From the IMG/VR virus record IMGVR_UViG_2721755149_000018: a stretch of DNA of 64,000 nt, one strand, 5' to 3'. Shown here piece after piece: positions 50,039-60,851 of this stretch (the first letter of the stretch is position 1; each line of letters opens with the position of its first letter). Source of the stretch: an uncultured virus (IMG/VR IMGVR_UViG_2721755149_000018) (lineage: Duplodnaviria > Heunggongvirae > Uroviricota > Caudoviricetes). A program made the translations under genes and the position numbers. The notes below the pieces were generated by a model. The model was not told the DNA's origin. It saw nothing but the letters and a program-made list of their open reading frames with translations, and searched no databases.

Positions 50039-50320
50039 GTGGATTACGACGCCACCGGGAATGATCTGGACGCCTACCTGCACGACTCGGACGAGTTGCG
50101 TGCGTATGTGCAGGAAGTGTGCGAGGTCGGAGCAGACATTTGGTCTGTGAAGTCCGTGTGGCGTACAGGCTTCAACGCCACCCACATCAGGGCCTATACG
50201 GATCGGGATCGTGACGGCGACATGATCGGCGTTATCGACGCGTGGGGACACTACGCCCGCTACCGCGAGNNNNNNNNNNNNTCCTCGCCGACTTCAAAGA
50301 CGTTGTGGAAGGACTCTAAT
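50039..50320 (+). CDS. tail completion/neck protein (end obscured by N gap)
   Basis: Synteny; RTG motif. Confidence 0.55.
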
Positions 50321-50693
50321 GGCCTACCCCGACGCCGAAACCGTGGTGTGTGCCCTGCTCGCCGATATTGCGCCTGCGGTGACGTATCGGACGGAGAAGA
50401 CCCCACTTCCGTACATTTTTGTGCGGCGTGTCGGCGGCTCTGAAGACGGAATCACCGACCGCCCAATTATGCGGATCGAAACCCTCGCCGAAAACCGTGC
50501 AGCATCCAACGATCTCATGACCCAAGTCCGCACCCGCATCCTCAACGCAGCCTGCACCACCGCTGGCGGAGCATTGATCGATGCCACCACCGAAGTTGCA
50601 GGTGGGCAACAAGCCCCCTACTTCAACCCTGAGGACCGCAACATCGTGTCCTCCTACCGGTTTTCGTTCCGGCACCTCCCCGGAACCCTCTAA
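50319..50693 (+). CDS. tail terminator
   Basis: YPDAE; P.I.VRRVGG...DRP. Confidence 0.8.
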   Translation: MAYPDAETVVCALLADIAPAVTYRTEKTPLPYIFVRRVGGSEDGITDRPIMRIETLAENRAASNDLMTQVRTRILNAACTTAGGALIDATTEVAGGQQAPYFNPEDRNIVSSYRFSFRHLPGTL

Positions 50694-50765
50694 CCAACTC
50701 TAACTGTTAGCCGGCCCGAACTGTGCGGGTTCGGCTCTTAGCCATACCCGCACAAAGGAGAAACT

Positions 50766-51434
50766 ATGGCTGCCACCACGTTCGATGCGCTCGCCGACAA
50801 GAACGGCGACCTGATTCTCAAGCCGATCAAGGGTGCAATCCTGATCGCACCCTACAGCACGGCGATTCCTCCCGCGTTCACCTCCGGTGCCGGTGCCGCC
50901 CTCGAGGAGCTGACCGGTTTCACGTCGCTCGGACTGATCTCGAAGGACAATCCGCCGCAGTTCTCCCCCGAACTGGAGACGCAGGATGTGGAGGCGTGGG
51001 GTGAGTTGGAGCCGCCGCGCACCGACATCACCAAGCGCACCATGTCGGTGTCGTTCACGTCGCTGGAAACCAAGCGTGAGGTGCTGGAACTGTTCTCCGG
51101 TGTCACCCTGTCGTCGGTGACCGCGGATGCGACCACGCATGAGATCGCGTACAACGATGCGACCACGCCGTCGACCACCTACTACCGTCTGATCTTCATG
51201 TTCGTTGACGGTGAGGGCACGAACGCGAAGTACTACTTCAAGATCCTGCCGAAGGCGAATGTGACTGCGGTTGAGGCCCAGTCGTGGTCCGCGGACAGTG
51301 CCATGACCTACGGGTTCACGGTTGCTGCGAAGCCCGACCCGGTTCTTGGCTACAACGTCCGCAACGTCATCGGTGGCCCCGGCATCACCACGCAGGTTGT
51401 TACCTCGATGGGCTTCACGGTGGCGACCCCGTAG
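50766..51434 (+). CDS. major tail protein
   Basis: SLGLISKD; EAWG..EP.R.DIT; hairpin 51456-51492 downstream. Confidence 0.9.
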   Translation: MAATTFDALADKNGDLILKPIKGAILIAPYSTAIPPAFTSGAGAALEELTGFTSLGLISKDNPPQFSPELETQDVEAWGELEPPRTDITKRTMSVSFTSLETKREVLELFSGVTLSSVTADATTHEIAYNDATTPSTTYYRLIFMFVDGEGTNAKYYFKILPKANVTAVEAQSWSADSAMTYGFTVAAKPDPVLGYNVRNVIGGPGITTQVVTSMGFTVATP

Positions 51435-51533
51435 CAGTAGCTACGCCCTGATCGTGGGTGGCGGCGTGAGAATCCTGGCCGCGCCGCCACCCACTCCACT
51501 CATACAACTAGCCAGGGTTTCCAGGAGAACAAC

Positions 51534-51701
51534 ATGTCTGATTTCCCGAAGACTCTTGTCGATGCTGAGGGCCGCGAGTTTCTGGTCGGTAATGCCGTGG
51601 AGTGTGAGCGTCTGTTTCAGCTCGGCTACCGCGTAAAGACCGCCTCGAAGCCGGCGGCGAAGGTCGAGCCTGCGAAGGCTCCCGCCAAGGACGACAAGTA
51701 A
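51534..51701 (+). CDS. small protein with Lys/Ala/Pro tail (55 aa, not in ORF track)
   Basis: AGGAG RBS; MSDFPKTLVDAEGREF...KDDK*. Confidence 0.65.
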   Translation: MSDFPKTLVDAEGREFLVGNAVECERLFQLGYRVKTASKPAAKVEPAKAPAKDDK

Positions 51702-51745
51702 CACCAAGCACCACACGTTCATAGTCAGCCAGGAGACCAGGAATC

Positions 51746-52599
51746 ATGACTGCCGCTAAGACCCCCAAGCCGATCGCCAAGGCCGAAGCCAAGAAGTCCC
51801 GTTGGGCGCAGATGCGGGACGAAGCACGTGCCGCCGCCGAGGAGAAGCGCGCCAGCATCGCCCCCTACGAGTTCGACGGCACCGAGCCTGCCACCCTCGT
51901 CTACCCCCCGGACAGTGTGGATCAGGTGACCGCGCTGGCGCGGCTGCTCGACTCGAAGCTCGGTATGCGTGACGGCGAAATCCGCGACCTGTTCGAAGCG
52001 CTGCTCGGCAAGAGCTTCGCGCCGATCTGGGAAGTCATCAAGGACGAACCCGCCACCGTACTGTGGCCGCTGTTCGATGACATCAACAACCACTTCCAGG
52101 CTGTGCCTGCTGATGAGGTGGATGCGCAGGGGGGCGCCAACGGCTCGTAGCCCTCATCGAGGTCTACGGGCCGGAGATCGAATACGACCTGTTTGAAAGG
52201 GGCGTCGACCTACTCGATTTTTTTCGGGGTCGACGCCCCTGGTCGCAGTTTATGCGCCTGATCGAACGATTCCCCACCGAATCCAAGTTCAAGTCTGCAC
52301 TGTTGATGGACCCGGTACGTGCCGAAGCGTTGGCGCAACTCCCGGAGCCCGAGGAGCAAGAGCAACCACCGCTCACCCCTGAGGGGTACACGCGGGAAGT
52401 GTATTTGATGCTCTACCAAATCGACCTGCTGAAACAACTCACGTCGGTGATGGTGTCCGCGTTCGGTGGGAAACCGCCCGCGTTCAGACCGGAGCCGCGT
52501 CCGGTTACGGCGGAGCAGGCGATACGTCGGCGGGTGCAGGCGGAGCGCGACAAGGCGCAGATGCGTGATGTTTTGTCCACGTTGGGCGTGGATTTTTAA
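51746..52599 (+). CDS. tail assembly chaperones G (51746-52150) and GT (-1 frameshift to 52599)
   Basis: G GGG GGC heptamer at 52129-52135; -1 frame open RLVALIEVYGPEIEYDL. Confidence 0.85.
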
Positions 52600-52626
52600 G
52601 CCACATTTGAATATTGAGGTGAAAAG

Positions 52627-55600
52627 ATGACAGCAGGACCGTTTAGCGCAGGTAGTGCTCATCTTTTTGTGAAGCCTCGCCTGGCCGCCGGGTTCACCCA
52701 GCAGCTCCGCACTCAACTCAAATCCGTCAACGTCGAACACAAAGTCTCCATCGTCCCCAACATTGCGGGGTTTCAGCAGAAACTCAACACCGCAGTCAAG
52801 TCCGCGAACGCCAACGTCAAAGTTGGTCTCAAGCCGGACCTGACCGGGTTCCAGACGAAGCTGAATGCTGCTGTTCAGGGTGTGAACGCACCCAAAATCA
52901 AGGTGCAGGTCAACCCCGACATCACCGGGTTCAAGTCGAAGCTGAACGCGGCACTCGGCGGAGTTAACACCCCCACCGTCCGGATCAAGATCGCCCCCAA
53001 CCTTGCCGGATTCAAGACCGCACTGAACACGCAACTCGCCACAATGGGCGGCACCCTCAAGATTAAACCCGACCTGGACTTCACCCAGGCGAACGCACAG
53101 CTCGCCACGTGGCGTGCCGCGCAAGGTGCTGTACCGCTGTCGTTGAGCGTCAACCTTGACACTGGTGCTGCGATGGTCCAGTTGGCGACTCTGCGCACCA
53201 TGCTTCGCAGTATCGACCTCGGATCTGTGGGCGCCGGCACGCTCGGTGGCGGTTCCGGTTCCGGGCGTAGTGGTGGCGGCATGATCCGTCGTATCCGCGT
53301 CCAGATGGAACTGGACCGGGCGTCAGTTGCTCGCGCAGAATCCGAGTTGGCTCAGGCCACGTCCCGCATGGAACAGTCCCGCACTCGGCAGGCCGATGCC
53401 GCCGATCGGGTCGTGTTGGCAGAGCGCCGTTTGGCGGATGCTACGTCCCGGCACGGTGCAACATCCACCCAGGCATTAGCGGCATCGCAGAGCCTTGCGC
53501 GGGCGCAACGCACCCTCGCAGACCGCAGCGGTGACGCTGCCCGGTTCCTGGGCGCACAGGCAGACGCACACCGCCGGCTGCGGCAAGCGCAGAATGACCA
53601 GAACAGCATCAGCCGCCTGGTGCGCGCTGGCTTGACCGGTATCGCCGAATCTGCGATCAACGGTGCCACGTCCCTGTTGAGCATGGTGAATCCTGCTGGC
53701 CTGGTCAAAACCGGGCTGATGGCGCTCGCCGGGGTTTCGCTGATCCCACTGTTGGGACAGTTGGCGCAAGCCGCTGGTGTTATCGCACTCCTCCCCGCGA
53801 TGGGCGCTGCCGCTACCGCCTCGATCGCCACCATTGCTGTCGGTTCCACGGGGATCATGGATGCGTTCAAGGCGGCAGGTGAGGCATCGGCGTCGTCCGC
53901 GAAGGATGCTGCGGCGAACGCGAAGAAGCAGGCGGATGCTGCTCGCCAGGTTGAGGACGCCGAACGTGATGTTGCGGATGCCCGCGACAATGCAGCGCAG
54001 ACAGCGAAGGACGGTGCCCGCCAGATCGCGCAGGCGGAACGCCAGGTGCAGGACGCTCAGGAACGCACCAAGGATGCGCAAGAGGATCTGACTCGCGCCC
54101 GCAAGGACGCCAAGGAACAGATCGAAGACATGAACCTGGCGCTCAAGGGTTCGGCGATCGATGAAGAAGACGCCCTTATCGCGCTCGAACGCGCCCGTGA
54201 ACGCCTTGCCGAGTTGGGTAAAGACGGCCAGCCCGTCACCATGCTTGATCGTCGCGAGGCCGAAAACAATGTGCGGCAGGCGCAGCAGCGCATCGACGAA
54301 GTTCGGGAACGCAACAACGACCTGAGGCTCGAAACCGAAGCCGCCAACAAGGCTGGCGTGGAGGGTGCTGCGCAGGTTGTTGCCGCCAAGGAAGGTGTTG
54401 CTGACGCCATTCAGGCGGAGAAGGACGCGCAGGAAAACCTGGGTGTCACGCAGGAGAATGTGGCGCGTCAGAATGCGCAGGCACAGCGTCAGATCGAGGA
54501 TGCACTTCGTCGTGTGGCGGATGCGCAGGCGAATCAGGCAGAGGCTCTCGCTGAAACGTCGTCTGCTGTCGATAAATATAATGAGGCGTTGGCGAATCTG
54601 TCGCCTAATGCCCGCGATTTTGTGGAGAAGACTCGCGCCCTTGGTGATGCGTGGAAGGAACTGCGCCTGTCGGTGCAGGATTCCTTGTTCGACGGTATGG
54701 GCGCCAAGATGCAGGAGCTTGGCGGAAACTATATTCCGATCCTGACGAGCGGCTTGACGGGTCTTGCTGATGTGTTGAACGGCAGGATGCGTCAGGCGAT
54801 GGATTGGCTGAACGGCACTGAGGTCCAGAACGATATTTCGGCGATCCTAGATAACACGGCTGAGGCTTTGGGGCCGCTGCTCGACGGGCTGGGCAATATT
54901 GGTCGGGCACTGCTGGACATCGCCACGGTTGGTTCGGAACTGCTGCCTGAGGTGACGGGCGCGTTCGCGGACGGCACTAAGGGCTTTGCTGACACGATCC
55001 GCGAGATGCGCGATAACGGCGAGCTTGAGAACTTCATGCGCGAAGCGATGGACACGTTCGCACAGATTTGGCGGATCATCAAGAACATTGGCGGTATCAC
55101 GTCAAGCCTGTTCACGGGTTCCGATGATCTCGGTGAATCGTGGCTCGACAGCATCGAAAAAGCCACCGCGCGGTGGAAGGAATTCCTCGCCACCCCCGAA
55201 GGCCAGGAGGAAATCAAGAAGTTCTTCGCGGATGTGAAGGCCATTGTCGATGGCATCGTTACGGCCATCAAGATCGGCGCCGGCATCCTTGGAACCTTCC
55301 GCCCCGCTGATGACAACCCGACGGATGATCCGGTCCTCGACCCTCGCGGCAATGATGGCGGGGCGACCGGTTACGGAAGCCGTGAACCACTGCCGCCAGG
55401 TAAGACCCCGGAACGTCTCAGACCGGGCGCTGCGGGACAGGCTGGCACGCTGCGTCAGGGTTGGGATGCTGCCGACAACTCCGACAGTTGGATCGGCAAG
55501 ACTGCTCGCGGGTTCAACTCGTTCTTCGGCTTCAACAACGAAACCGACTCGTACGACGGCGGCATGTGGAACCCCAATACCGAAGGCACCATCGCGGACC

Positions 55601-58293
55601 GGGTTGGCGACCACTTCGAAGAGATGGGCCGCGAATGGCAGGTGTTCACCGACAAGATCGGCACCACCTGGGAAACGATCACCGGATGGGTCGGCAACGT
55701 CAAAGACTCCGTCGTCGACCTCGGTAAATCCATCAAAGAATGGGTTCAGGACAAGGCGTCCGCTGCGTGGACCTGGCTGTCCACCAAGGTCGGCGAAGCC
55801 CGCGAGTTCATCGGCACCAAGATCGAAGAACTCAAAACCGGCATCAGTGACCTCCGCCAGAACATCCAGGACAAGGTCACGGACGCAATCGGATGGTTCA
55901 CGTCACTGCCGACAAAGATCGGTGAAGCGTTCCGCACCATCATCGACGAGCACTTCCCGTGGCTTGGTGGCGCGCTCGACACCCTGTCGTCCACCTTCGA
56001 CCGTGTCGTAAACGGTATCGGCTCCATCTGGGATGGACTCAAATCCAAGCTGGCATCCCCGATCAACTGGGTGATCGACACCGTTTTCAACAACGGCATC
56101 GTCAAATTCTGGAACGGCATCGCCTCCAAAATCGGGCTCCCCAACATTGACCCCATTGGGTTGATCGGGGACGGTGCCAGCAGTGGCGTCGGATTCGACA
56201 AGGTGAAAGCCTTCGCCCGTGGTGGCACCGTCGATGGTGTCATGTCCGGCTACTCGCCTGGTCGGGATGATCGGATCATCGCCGTCGGTGGTGGCGAAGC
56301 CGTCATGCGTCCCGAATGGACCCGTGCCGTCGGCCCCGACTTCGTGGAAAACGCCAACGCCGCAGCCCGTGCAGGTGGTGTAGCTGGCGCCCGCAAGTTC
56401 ATGGGGTACTTCGCCAACGGCGGCATCGTTGAGTCGATGGAAGCTGTCGTCCGCAAACACTTCCCGATGCTGTTGACCAACGACCGCGCCTTCTCCGGGC
56501 TCCGGTTCACCGACGACGGATACCACTCCAAGGGTATGGCCGGTGACTTCTCTAACGGTGGAGACGCCGGCACCCCGGAGATGAAGGCGTTCGCCAGCTA
56601 TGTGGCGGATGAATACCAGAACCGCACCCTCGAACTGATTCACTCGCCGTTCGACCGCAACATCAACAACTACAAGGATGTTGGGGACGGTTTCGGGTTC
56701 TACGGTGCCGGAACCATGAATCAGCACCGCAACCACGTGCATTGGGCTGTCGACGGCCCAGTGGGTGAGGGTGGGGCGCCTGATCCGTCGCTGTGGGACA
56801 AAATCAAGTCCGGTGTGGGTGGGGCGATCGGGCGGGTGTCGACGTTCTTCCGGAACCTGGTCGCGGATCAGTTCGAGAAGCCCATCAACGCTTTGGGGTC
56901 GACGATCCCGAATCAGTTCCCCGGTATCGGTGAGTTCGGGTTTGTGCCCAAGAAGATGTACGACACCCTGACGGGTAAAGCCTTGGATTGGGTGCGCGGC
57001 AAAGCCGAAGCCAAGGACAACGCCGCGGGCAGTACGGGTTCGTCGGGTGCACCGCTGGGCGCGTTCGGTGGCAACAGCATGGATTATGCGCGTGAGATCG
57101 TGGAGGCCGCGAAGGAACGCGGCTTGCCGTCGAAGGCCGCGAAAATCGCCCTGATGACCGCGATGGCCGAATCCAGCCTGAAGATGTGGGCCAACAACTC
57201 TGTCCCCGAATCGATGGAGTTCCCACACGACGCCGTCGGCTCCGACAATGACAGTGTTGGTTTGTTCCAGCAGCGGAACGGTTGGGGCACCGTCGAACAA
57301 CGCATGAACCCGCGAGCCTCCGCAGGCATGTTCTATGACGCGCTCATGGGTGTGGACTGGAACAGCATGTCGCCCGCGCAGGCGGCACAAGCGGTGCAGC
57401 GTTCCGCATTCGCCGATGGCAGCAACTATGCGGCACACGAAGCACGCGCCGACGAGTTGGTAGCCCAGTTGTACGATGCGGGCGGCATCATCGAACCCAA
57501 CAAACTCGCCGTCAACCTCTCCGGCAAACCCGAAGCCGTCTTCACCAACGATGAATGGATGCTCATCCACGAGCTGGTGCGGCTCCTCGGCATGACCGAC
57601 TTCATCGACAAGCTCGCCGCCACCGATGGTCCGAAGGAACTGTCCGGGGAAGACATCACCGGACTCAAATCCCCCTACGGCACAGGCGCCGGAACAGTTG
57701 CGGCAGGCGGGTATACTTTACCTACGGGAGAACTGTCCCAGGATCTCCGTGCATTCGACAAACTCCACGGCAACCAGTCCAGTGGTGCAGGCGGAACTGG
57801 TGGATCAAAGTTCCCTGCGTTCGGTTCCCCCGAACACTTGCAGCAAGCCGGCGCCATCTTCCAAAACGCCACATCAACGTTCGCAGGCAGGGCACGCGAC
57901 GCCGGAATGCAATTCCTGTCCGGCTGGATACCCGACGAACTCATGAACCCCCAAGGACTCGTCGGCGGACTCATCTCCGCAGACAAAGAACTGTCCGGAT
58001 GGTTCGCACAAAACCACGGCACCCCCGACATTTTGAACGACCCTATGGGATCGCTCGGGCAAATCGCAGGCGGATTCATCGGTGGCGGAACACCCCCACC
58101 CATGCCCACCATCGACCCCAACGCCGTACAGCAACAAGTCGACTCCCTCCGCAACAACGCACCCGCGCAAACCAGCGGAGGAACCACCGCAACCGGAGAC
58201 ACCTACCACTTCCACGTCTCAAACGTCGACGAAGCATTCCGGCGCTTCCAAGTCGAACAAGCAAAAAAGGCCGCAACCTTCATCGGCCGCTAA
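52627..58293 (+). CDS. tape measure protein with two putative peptidoglycan-hydrolase domains
   Basis: 1888 aa, Ala-rich coiled coil, W/F periodic repeats; YHSKGMAGD...HRNHVH and AES...SVGLFQQR domains. Confidence 0.95.
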   Translation: MTAGPFSAGSAHLFVKPRLAAGFTQQLRTQLKSVNVEHKVSIVPNIAGFQQKLNTAVKSANANVKVGLKPDLTGFQTKLNAAVQGVNAPKIKVQVNPDITGFKSKLNAALGGVNTPTVRIKIAPNLAGFKTALNTQLATMGGTLKIKPDLDFTQANAQLATWRAAQGAVPLSLSVNLDTGAAMVQLATLRTMLRSIDLGSVGAGTLGGGSGSGRSGGGMIRRIRVQMELDRASVARAESELAQATSRMEQSRTRQADAADRVVLAERRLADATSRHGATSTQALAASQSLARAQRTLADRSGDAARFLGAQADAHRRLRQAQNDQNSISRLVRAGLTGIAESAINGATSLLSMVNPAGLVKTGLMALAGVSLIPLLGQLAQAAGVIALLPAMGAAATASIATIAVGSTGIMDAFKAAGEASASSAKDAAANAKKQADAARQVEDAERDVADARDNAAQTAKDGARQIAQAERQVQDAQERTKDAQEDLTRARKDAKEQIEDMNLALKGSAIDEEDALIALERARERLAELGKDGQPVTMLDRREAENNVRQAQQRIDEVRERNNDLRLETEAANKAGVEGAAQVVAAKEGVADAIQAEKDAQENLGVTQENVARQNAQAQRQIEDALRRVADAQANQAEALAETSSAVDKYNEALANLSPNARDFVEKTRALGDAWKELRLSVQDSLFDGMGAKMQELGGNYIPILTSGLTGLADVLNGRMRQAMDWLNGTEVQNDISAILDNTAEALGPLLDGLGNIGRALLDIATVGSELLPEVTGAFADGTKGFADTIREMRDNGELENFMREAMDTFAQIWRIIKNIGGITSSLFTGSDDLGESWLDSIEKATARWKEFLATPEGQEEIKKFFADVKAIVDGIVTAIKIGAGILGTFRPADDNPTDDPVLDPRGNDGGATGYGSREPLPPGKTPERLRPGAAGQAGTLRQGWDAADNSDSWIGKTARGFNSFFGFNNETDSYDGGMWNPNTEGTIADRVGDHFEEMGREWQVFTDKIGTTWETITGWVGNVKDSVVDLGKSIKEWVQDKASAAWTWLSTKVGEAREFIGTKIEELKTGISDLRQNIQDKVTDAIGWFTSLPTKIGEAFRTIIDEHFPWLGGALDTLSSTFDRVVNGIGSIWDGLKSKLASPINWVIDTVFNNGIVKFWNGIASKIGLPNIDPIGLIGDGASSGVGFDKVKAFARGGTVDGVMSGYSPGRDDRIIAVGGGEAVMRPEWTRAVGPDFVENANAAARAGGVAGARKFMGYFANGGIVESMEAVVRKHFPMLLTNDRAFSGLRFTDDGYHSKGMAGDFSNGGDAGTPEMKAFASYVADEYQNRTLELIHSPFDRNINNYKDVGDGFGFYGAGTMNQHRNHVHWAVDGPVGEGGAPDPSLWDKIKSGVGGAIGRVSTFFRNLVADQFEKPINALGSTIPNQFPGIGEFGFVPKKMYDTLTGKALDWVRGKAEAKDNAAGSTGSSGAPLGAFGGNSMDYAREIVEAAKERGLPSKAAKIALMTAMAESSLKMWANNSVPESMEFPHDAVGSDNDSVGLFQQRNGWGTVEQRMNPRASAGMFYDALMGVDWNSMSPAQAAQAVQRSAFADGSNYAAHEARADELVAQLYDAGGIIEPNKLAVNLSGKPEAVFTNDEWMLIHELVRLLGMTDFIDKLAATDGPKELSGEDITGLKSPYGTGAGTVAAGGYTLPTGELSQDLRAFDKLHGNQSSGAGGTGGSKFPAFGSPEHLQQAGAIFQNATSTFAGRARDAGMQFLSGWIPDELMNPQGLVGGLISADKELSGWFAQNHGTPDILNDPMGSLGQIAGGFIGGGTPPPMPTIDPNAVQQQVDSLRNNAPAQTSGGTTATGDTYHFHVSNVDEAFRRFQVEQAKKAATFIGR

Positions 58294-58346
58294 AAGCAAC
58301 AACCACAACTCCATAGCAGACACGTTCCGAGGGGGACAGCCTCTAC

Positions 58347-59207
58347 ATGGCAAAGACACTCGTAGAACTAGAAGGCCACAACGGAGCCTGGTTCACCCTC
58401 GCCGGAGACGGCGCCGGCGAGCAAGGAGCATGGCTCGGAACCGACCTCGAAGGCATCTACGACGCCCCGGTGCGCACCATCTACACCGAGCATGCACACC
58501 AGATCGGCGCCTCCTACGCTGGTTTGCGTCGCCTGCGTCGTGACATCGTGTTCGGTGTCACCGTCGTCAACACTGATAGTGACACGTGGTCGGACAACGA
58601 TTCGGAGTGGCGCAAAGCCTGGTCCTACACCGCGGATTCGAAGCTGTGGATCGAAACTGAGGACTCCCGCAGGTATCTGAAACTCAGGTTGGCGGAGCAG
58701 CCGTTGTTCAAGCCGGCGCACGATCCGCACCAAACTCGTATGGAGCGCGTCGTTATGACGTGCGTTGCGGGCGATCCGTGGTGGTATGAGGAAGACGAAA
58801 CCGACACCTGGACACTCGCCAGTGGCACCGAGGGTGCCGGCACGGTCACTGTTTCTAACCCGACTGATCAAGAGATTTGGTTGAAGTGGGTTCTGCAAGG
58901 CCCCGGACGCTGGTTGCTGCCCGATTTTTCGTGGAAGAACGACGAGTGGGCTGAGCGGAAAATCTCGATGCCGTTGCAGGTTGCGGGGCAAGAGTTCCGG
59001 GTCGACACCGATCCGTTCGAGGACCAGTTGCGTGATCCGAACGGCTCGCAGGTTTGGGCGTTGATGAACGGCGTTACGTTCCTGCATTCGGTGCCGCCGT
59101 ACACGCCCGAAACTGAGTTGCCTATCTCGGTTTCTGAGGCTGAGGCTGGGGTGTTGGCGCAGGTTCGTTGCCCGCGCACATGGTCTCGTCCGTGGGGGCT
59201 GCACTAG
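58347..59207 (+). CDS. distal tail protein (L5 gp27-like)
   Basis: Synteny; NPTD...WLKW; W.LPDFSW; RPWGL. Confidence 0.85.
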   Translation: MAKTLVELEGHNGAWFTLAGDGAGEQGAWLGTDLEGIYDAPVRTIYTEHAHQIGASYAGLRRLRRDIVFGVTVVNTDSDTWSDNDSEWRKAWSYTADSKLWIETEDSRRYLKLRLAEQPLFKPAHDPHQTRMERVVMTCVAGDPWWYEEDETDTWTLASGTEGAGTVTVSNPTDQEIWLKWVLQGPGRWLLPDFSWKNDEWAERKISMPLQVAGQEFRVDTDPFEDQLRDPNGSQVWALMNGVTFLHSVPPYTPETELPISVSEAEAGVLAQVRCPRTWSRPWGLH

Positions 59208-59209
59208 TC

Positions 59210-60850
59210 ATGGCTGTTGTCACGATGGACCCGGATGCTGTGTGGGCTGACTTCCAGCAGCAGATCGCGGCCGAAAAAGAGGAACGCCTCAAGCCTCCGC
59301 TGGTTCGGTTATGGGACGGCTCATGGAATTTGCGTGGTGTCGTGTCGCGAATCAACTCTGCGAACATTCAGGAAATCAACAACGACGTTGGTGTTGCCGA
59401 CTTCGAGCTGCCGCTCGACTACTGGCTCAGTGAGTGGGTTGTCAATCTCGATGAGCGGACCACGAAAAACATTCACGTCACTGTAGACAAGGATGGCGCC
59501 CGCTGGGGTGGCCGAATGGAATCGTTCTCCGTGGTGAAGAACGAGGACGGCACTGGAATTCTTCGCCTGCGATTCAAGCATGACATCGAAGAGCTTAACC
59601 ATATCCTGGTCTACTCGAACCCGTGGCTTCCCCCTGAGGTGCAGTTCCCTCGGCTGTGGCTGCTGTTTGGGCCTTCCGCGTGGGCGCTCAAGACGACGCT
59701 GCTCGTCAACATTATTCGTCTCTACAGTTCGGCGTGGGCGATCAAGCCAGACCCGATGAACCCGAACGGGTGGGACAGTCTGGATCAGTCCACGTGGATG
59801 CTCGCAGTCAAACCCGGATCGATCGATACCGACAATAGCCTCCCGGCGATCGTTTTCAGTCGTTTCAAGACGATGTTCGACACCGCGCAGGACATCATGG
59901 AAGACGCCCAACTCTCGTGGGAGTGCCGGCGTTACCTCGATGGCGATACACCTCCGTGGGAGGGTGCCAACCTGCGGCACGGCTGCCTGGTGTTCGACAT
60001 TGTCGACAAGTCCGGCTTCACCAGTGGTACATCGTTCGGCGGAAACATATTCACGGGCCTCCTCAAGGCGTTCGTAAACATCGATGAGGATGGGCTCACT
60101 GAGGGTGTCGATATAATCGATGATCCAAATTCACCGCCTGAGTATCGTGAACCAGACTTCAAGGGAACGCTCCCTGAGGCCCCGTGGGTTATTTACCGGG
60201 ACGGCGTAAACACAGGCATTCAAAGTAGCGACTTTACATATAAACCACCGACGTCTGTCGGTGTTGTTGCCGGCGGACATTCGATGCCTGGTGTCAATGA
60301 GCTTATTTCGGCAACAATCCAGATGATTGGCGACTTGACCGCCATGATTCCTGGTGTTCCGCCGCTTGGTGGTATCGCTGATGCGCTTCTCAAGCCGCTC
60401 TACACGGATGTGTTCCTCGCCTTCGGCAAGCATAGATCCCAGCAGCGCGCATATTCCCTCGGGTCCTCGCACTATCACGAGCACTGGGCCGAGGGAGGGG
60501 ACAGGGCCTACACCCTCGCATGGCTTCTAGCGATGCGCACAGGCATGTGGGTTACCCGCGAGCAGACCTCACACACGGTCGTTGTTGCGGATGGCGCCCC
60601 GTACCGTATCGGGCAGCGAGGATACGGTCACTACTGGTTGGGTGACCGTATCGGCTCGACTGTTCGCGGTATGCCCGAGGGCCGCGTGTTCGTGGATAGG
60701 GTGTCTGAGCTTTCGCTCAAGTGGGATCGGGATAACGTTCCTACGTGGAACATCACGATCGGTTCGCGTGCCATCGAGGACCCGGTCATTAAGGCCTATG
60801 AGCGCATCCGCAAGATTCTTTCGATCCTGCGAGACATGGGGGTTTTGTGA
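59210..60850 (+). CDS. minor tail/baseplate hub protein (L5 gp28-like)
   Basis: PLVRLWDG; NPWLP.E.QFPR; GGHSMPGVNE; LGDRIG. Confidence 0.9.
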   Translation: MAVVTMDPDAVWADFQQQIAAEKEERLKPPLVRLWDGSWNLRGVVSRINSANIQEINNDVGVADFELPLDYWLSEWVVNLDERTTKNIHVTVDKDGARWGGRMESFSVVKNEDGTGILRLRFKHDIEELNHILVYSNPWLPPEVQFPRLWLLFGPSAWALKTTLLVNIIRLYSSAWAIKPDPMNPNGWDSLDQSTWMLAVKPGSIDTDNSLPAIVFSRFKTMFDTAQDIMEDAQLSWECRRYLDGDTPPWEGANLRHGCLVFDIVDKSGFTSGTSFGGNIFTGLLKAFVNIDEDGLTEGVDIIDDPNSPPEYREPDFKGTLPEAPWVIYRDGVNTGIQSSDFTYKPPTSVGVVAGGHSMPGVNELISATIQMIGDLTAMIPGVPPLGGIADALLKPLYTDVFLAFGKHRSQQRAYSLGSSHYHEHWAEGGDRAYTLAWLLAMRTGMWVTREQTSHTVVVADGAPYRIGQRGYGHYWLGDRIGSTVRGMPEGRVFVDRVSELSLKWDRDNVPTWNITIGSRAIEDPVIKAYERIRKILSILRDMGVL

Positions 60851-60851
60851 C

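Noticed and set aside
52750..53100. Repeats at the start of the tape measure as a DNA element
   Set aside because: They are protein repeats (P.(I/L).GF..KLN.A) with synonymous divergence
381..57570. Long minus-strand ORFs (e.g. 381-1931, 47837-49033, 55903-57570)
   Set aside because: Antisense shadows of well-supported + strand genes in GC-rich DNA, with no recognisable motifs
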